A program made the translations under genes and the position numbers. Under the pieces are notes generated by a model. The model worked only from the letters and a program-made list of their open reading frames with translations, had not been told where the DNA came from and made no database searches. Below, piece after piece: positions 63,504 through 64,000 of a stretch of DNA of 64,000 nucleotides. This DNA comes from Marsupella aquatica (taxonomy: Eukaryota > Plantae > Marchantiophyta), in the NCBI GenBank assembly GCA_973895155.1, contig OZ316892.1, positions 7,423,251 to 7,487,250 of the forward strand, given 5' to 3'. Each line of letters starts with the position of its first letter. Positions within the stretch are counted from its first letter, which is position 1.

Positions 63504-64000
63504 ACTGCTTAGCACATGAGCCGCACTATTTAGAAGAAGAACGCGCAATTGTGCCGACTTACACTATCAAGGTACCCTTGCCATGTCCACCTCAATAGAG
63601 TTCGGACTAGCAACTGGGGGCAGTTCCATGTTGACTCCCTTGTCCCTATCCTACGTCTGTAAATGTCCATCACAGGTTTTCTCTGGTGAGTATGGAGAGT
63701 TTACCTCCAACCTCAGAATTAGGAAGGGCTATTGTAGATGTGTGTGCGAAGGTCCGCTATGCTTGTAGAATCATGAAAGATATGCTGGGGTTCCAAAGAT
63801 CTGCTGTGCTTGCAGATTGGAAATTCCAATCGACCTTACCGCCAAGGTCACTTAAGACGGTGTGTTGTAGCGATCACTGCACTGCCCTATACATGCAGAG
63901 GCATTTGGAGGGATGGCTCTGGGGTTTCAAAGCTTTCCCATTCTTGCTGATTGTAAATTCCAATTGAGCCGACTTCCAACGTCGTTAAGAAGAGCTTTTG

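Overview
Eukaryotic nuclear DNA from an intron-containing plant genome. A non-seed land plant is my inference; the species cannot be determined from the sequence. The two ends carry housekeeping genes: TFIIA large subunit (exon 1, minus), Sm D2 (complete, 5 coding exons, plus), RRN3 (minus), PRP40C/TCERG1-like (minus) and a small single-pass membrane ORF. Between about 14.4 and 49.5 kb lies a gene-free nest of transposons: three Copia pieces, an L1-type LINE relic, an RPA70-like OB-fold ORF and several LTR fragments, apparently bracketed by Helitron-like 5' and 3' termini. The standout is a decayed 9.2-kb Ty3/Gypsy element (33793-42960). It encodes a complete DNMT3-type cytosine-5 methyltransferase between protease and RT, and a PHD finger at the integrase C-terminus. 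Its termini are split direct repeats (A-internal-B-A-B) rather than two ordinary LTRs, yet it is flanked by a target-site duplication. A pseudogene resembling fungal CmcJ/asaB-family oxygenases lies at about 50.3-50.7 kb and is a candidate horizontal transfer. All family assignments come from motif recognition by eye; no searches were run.
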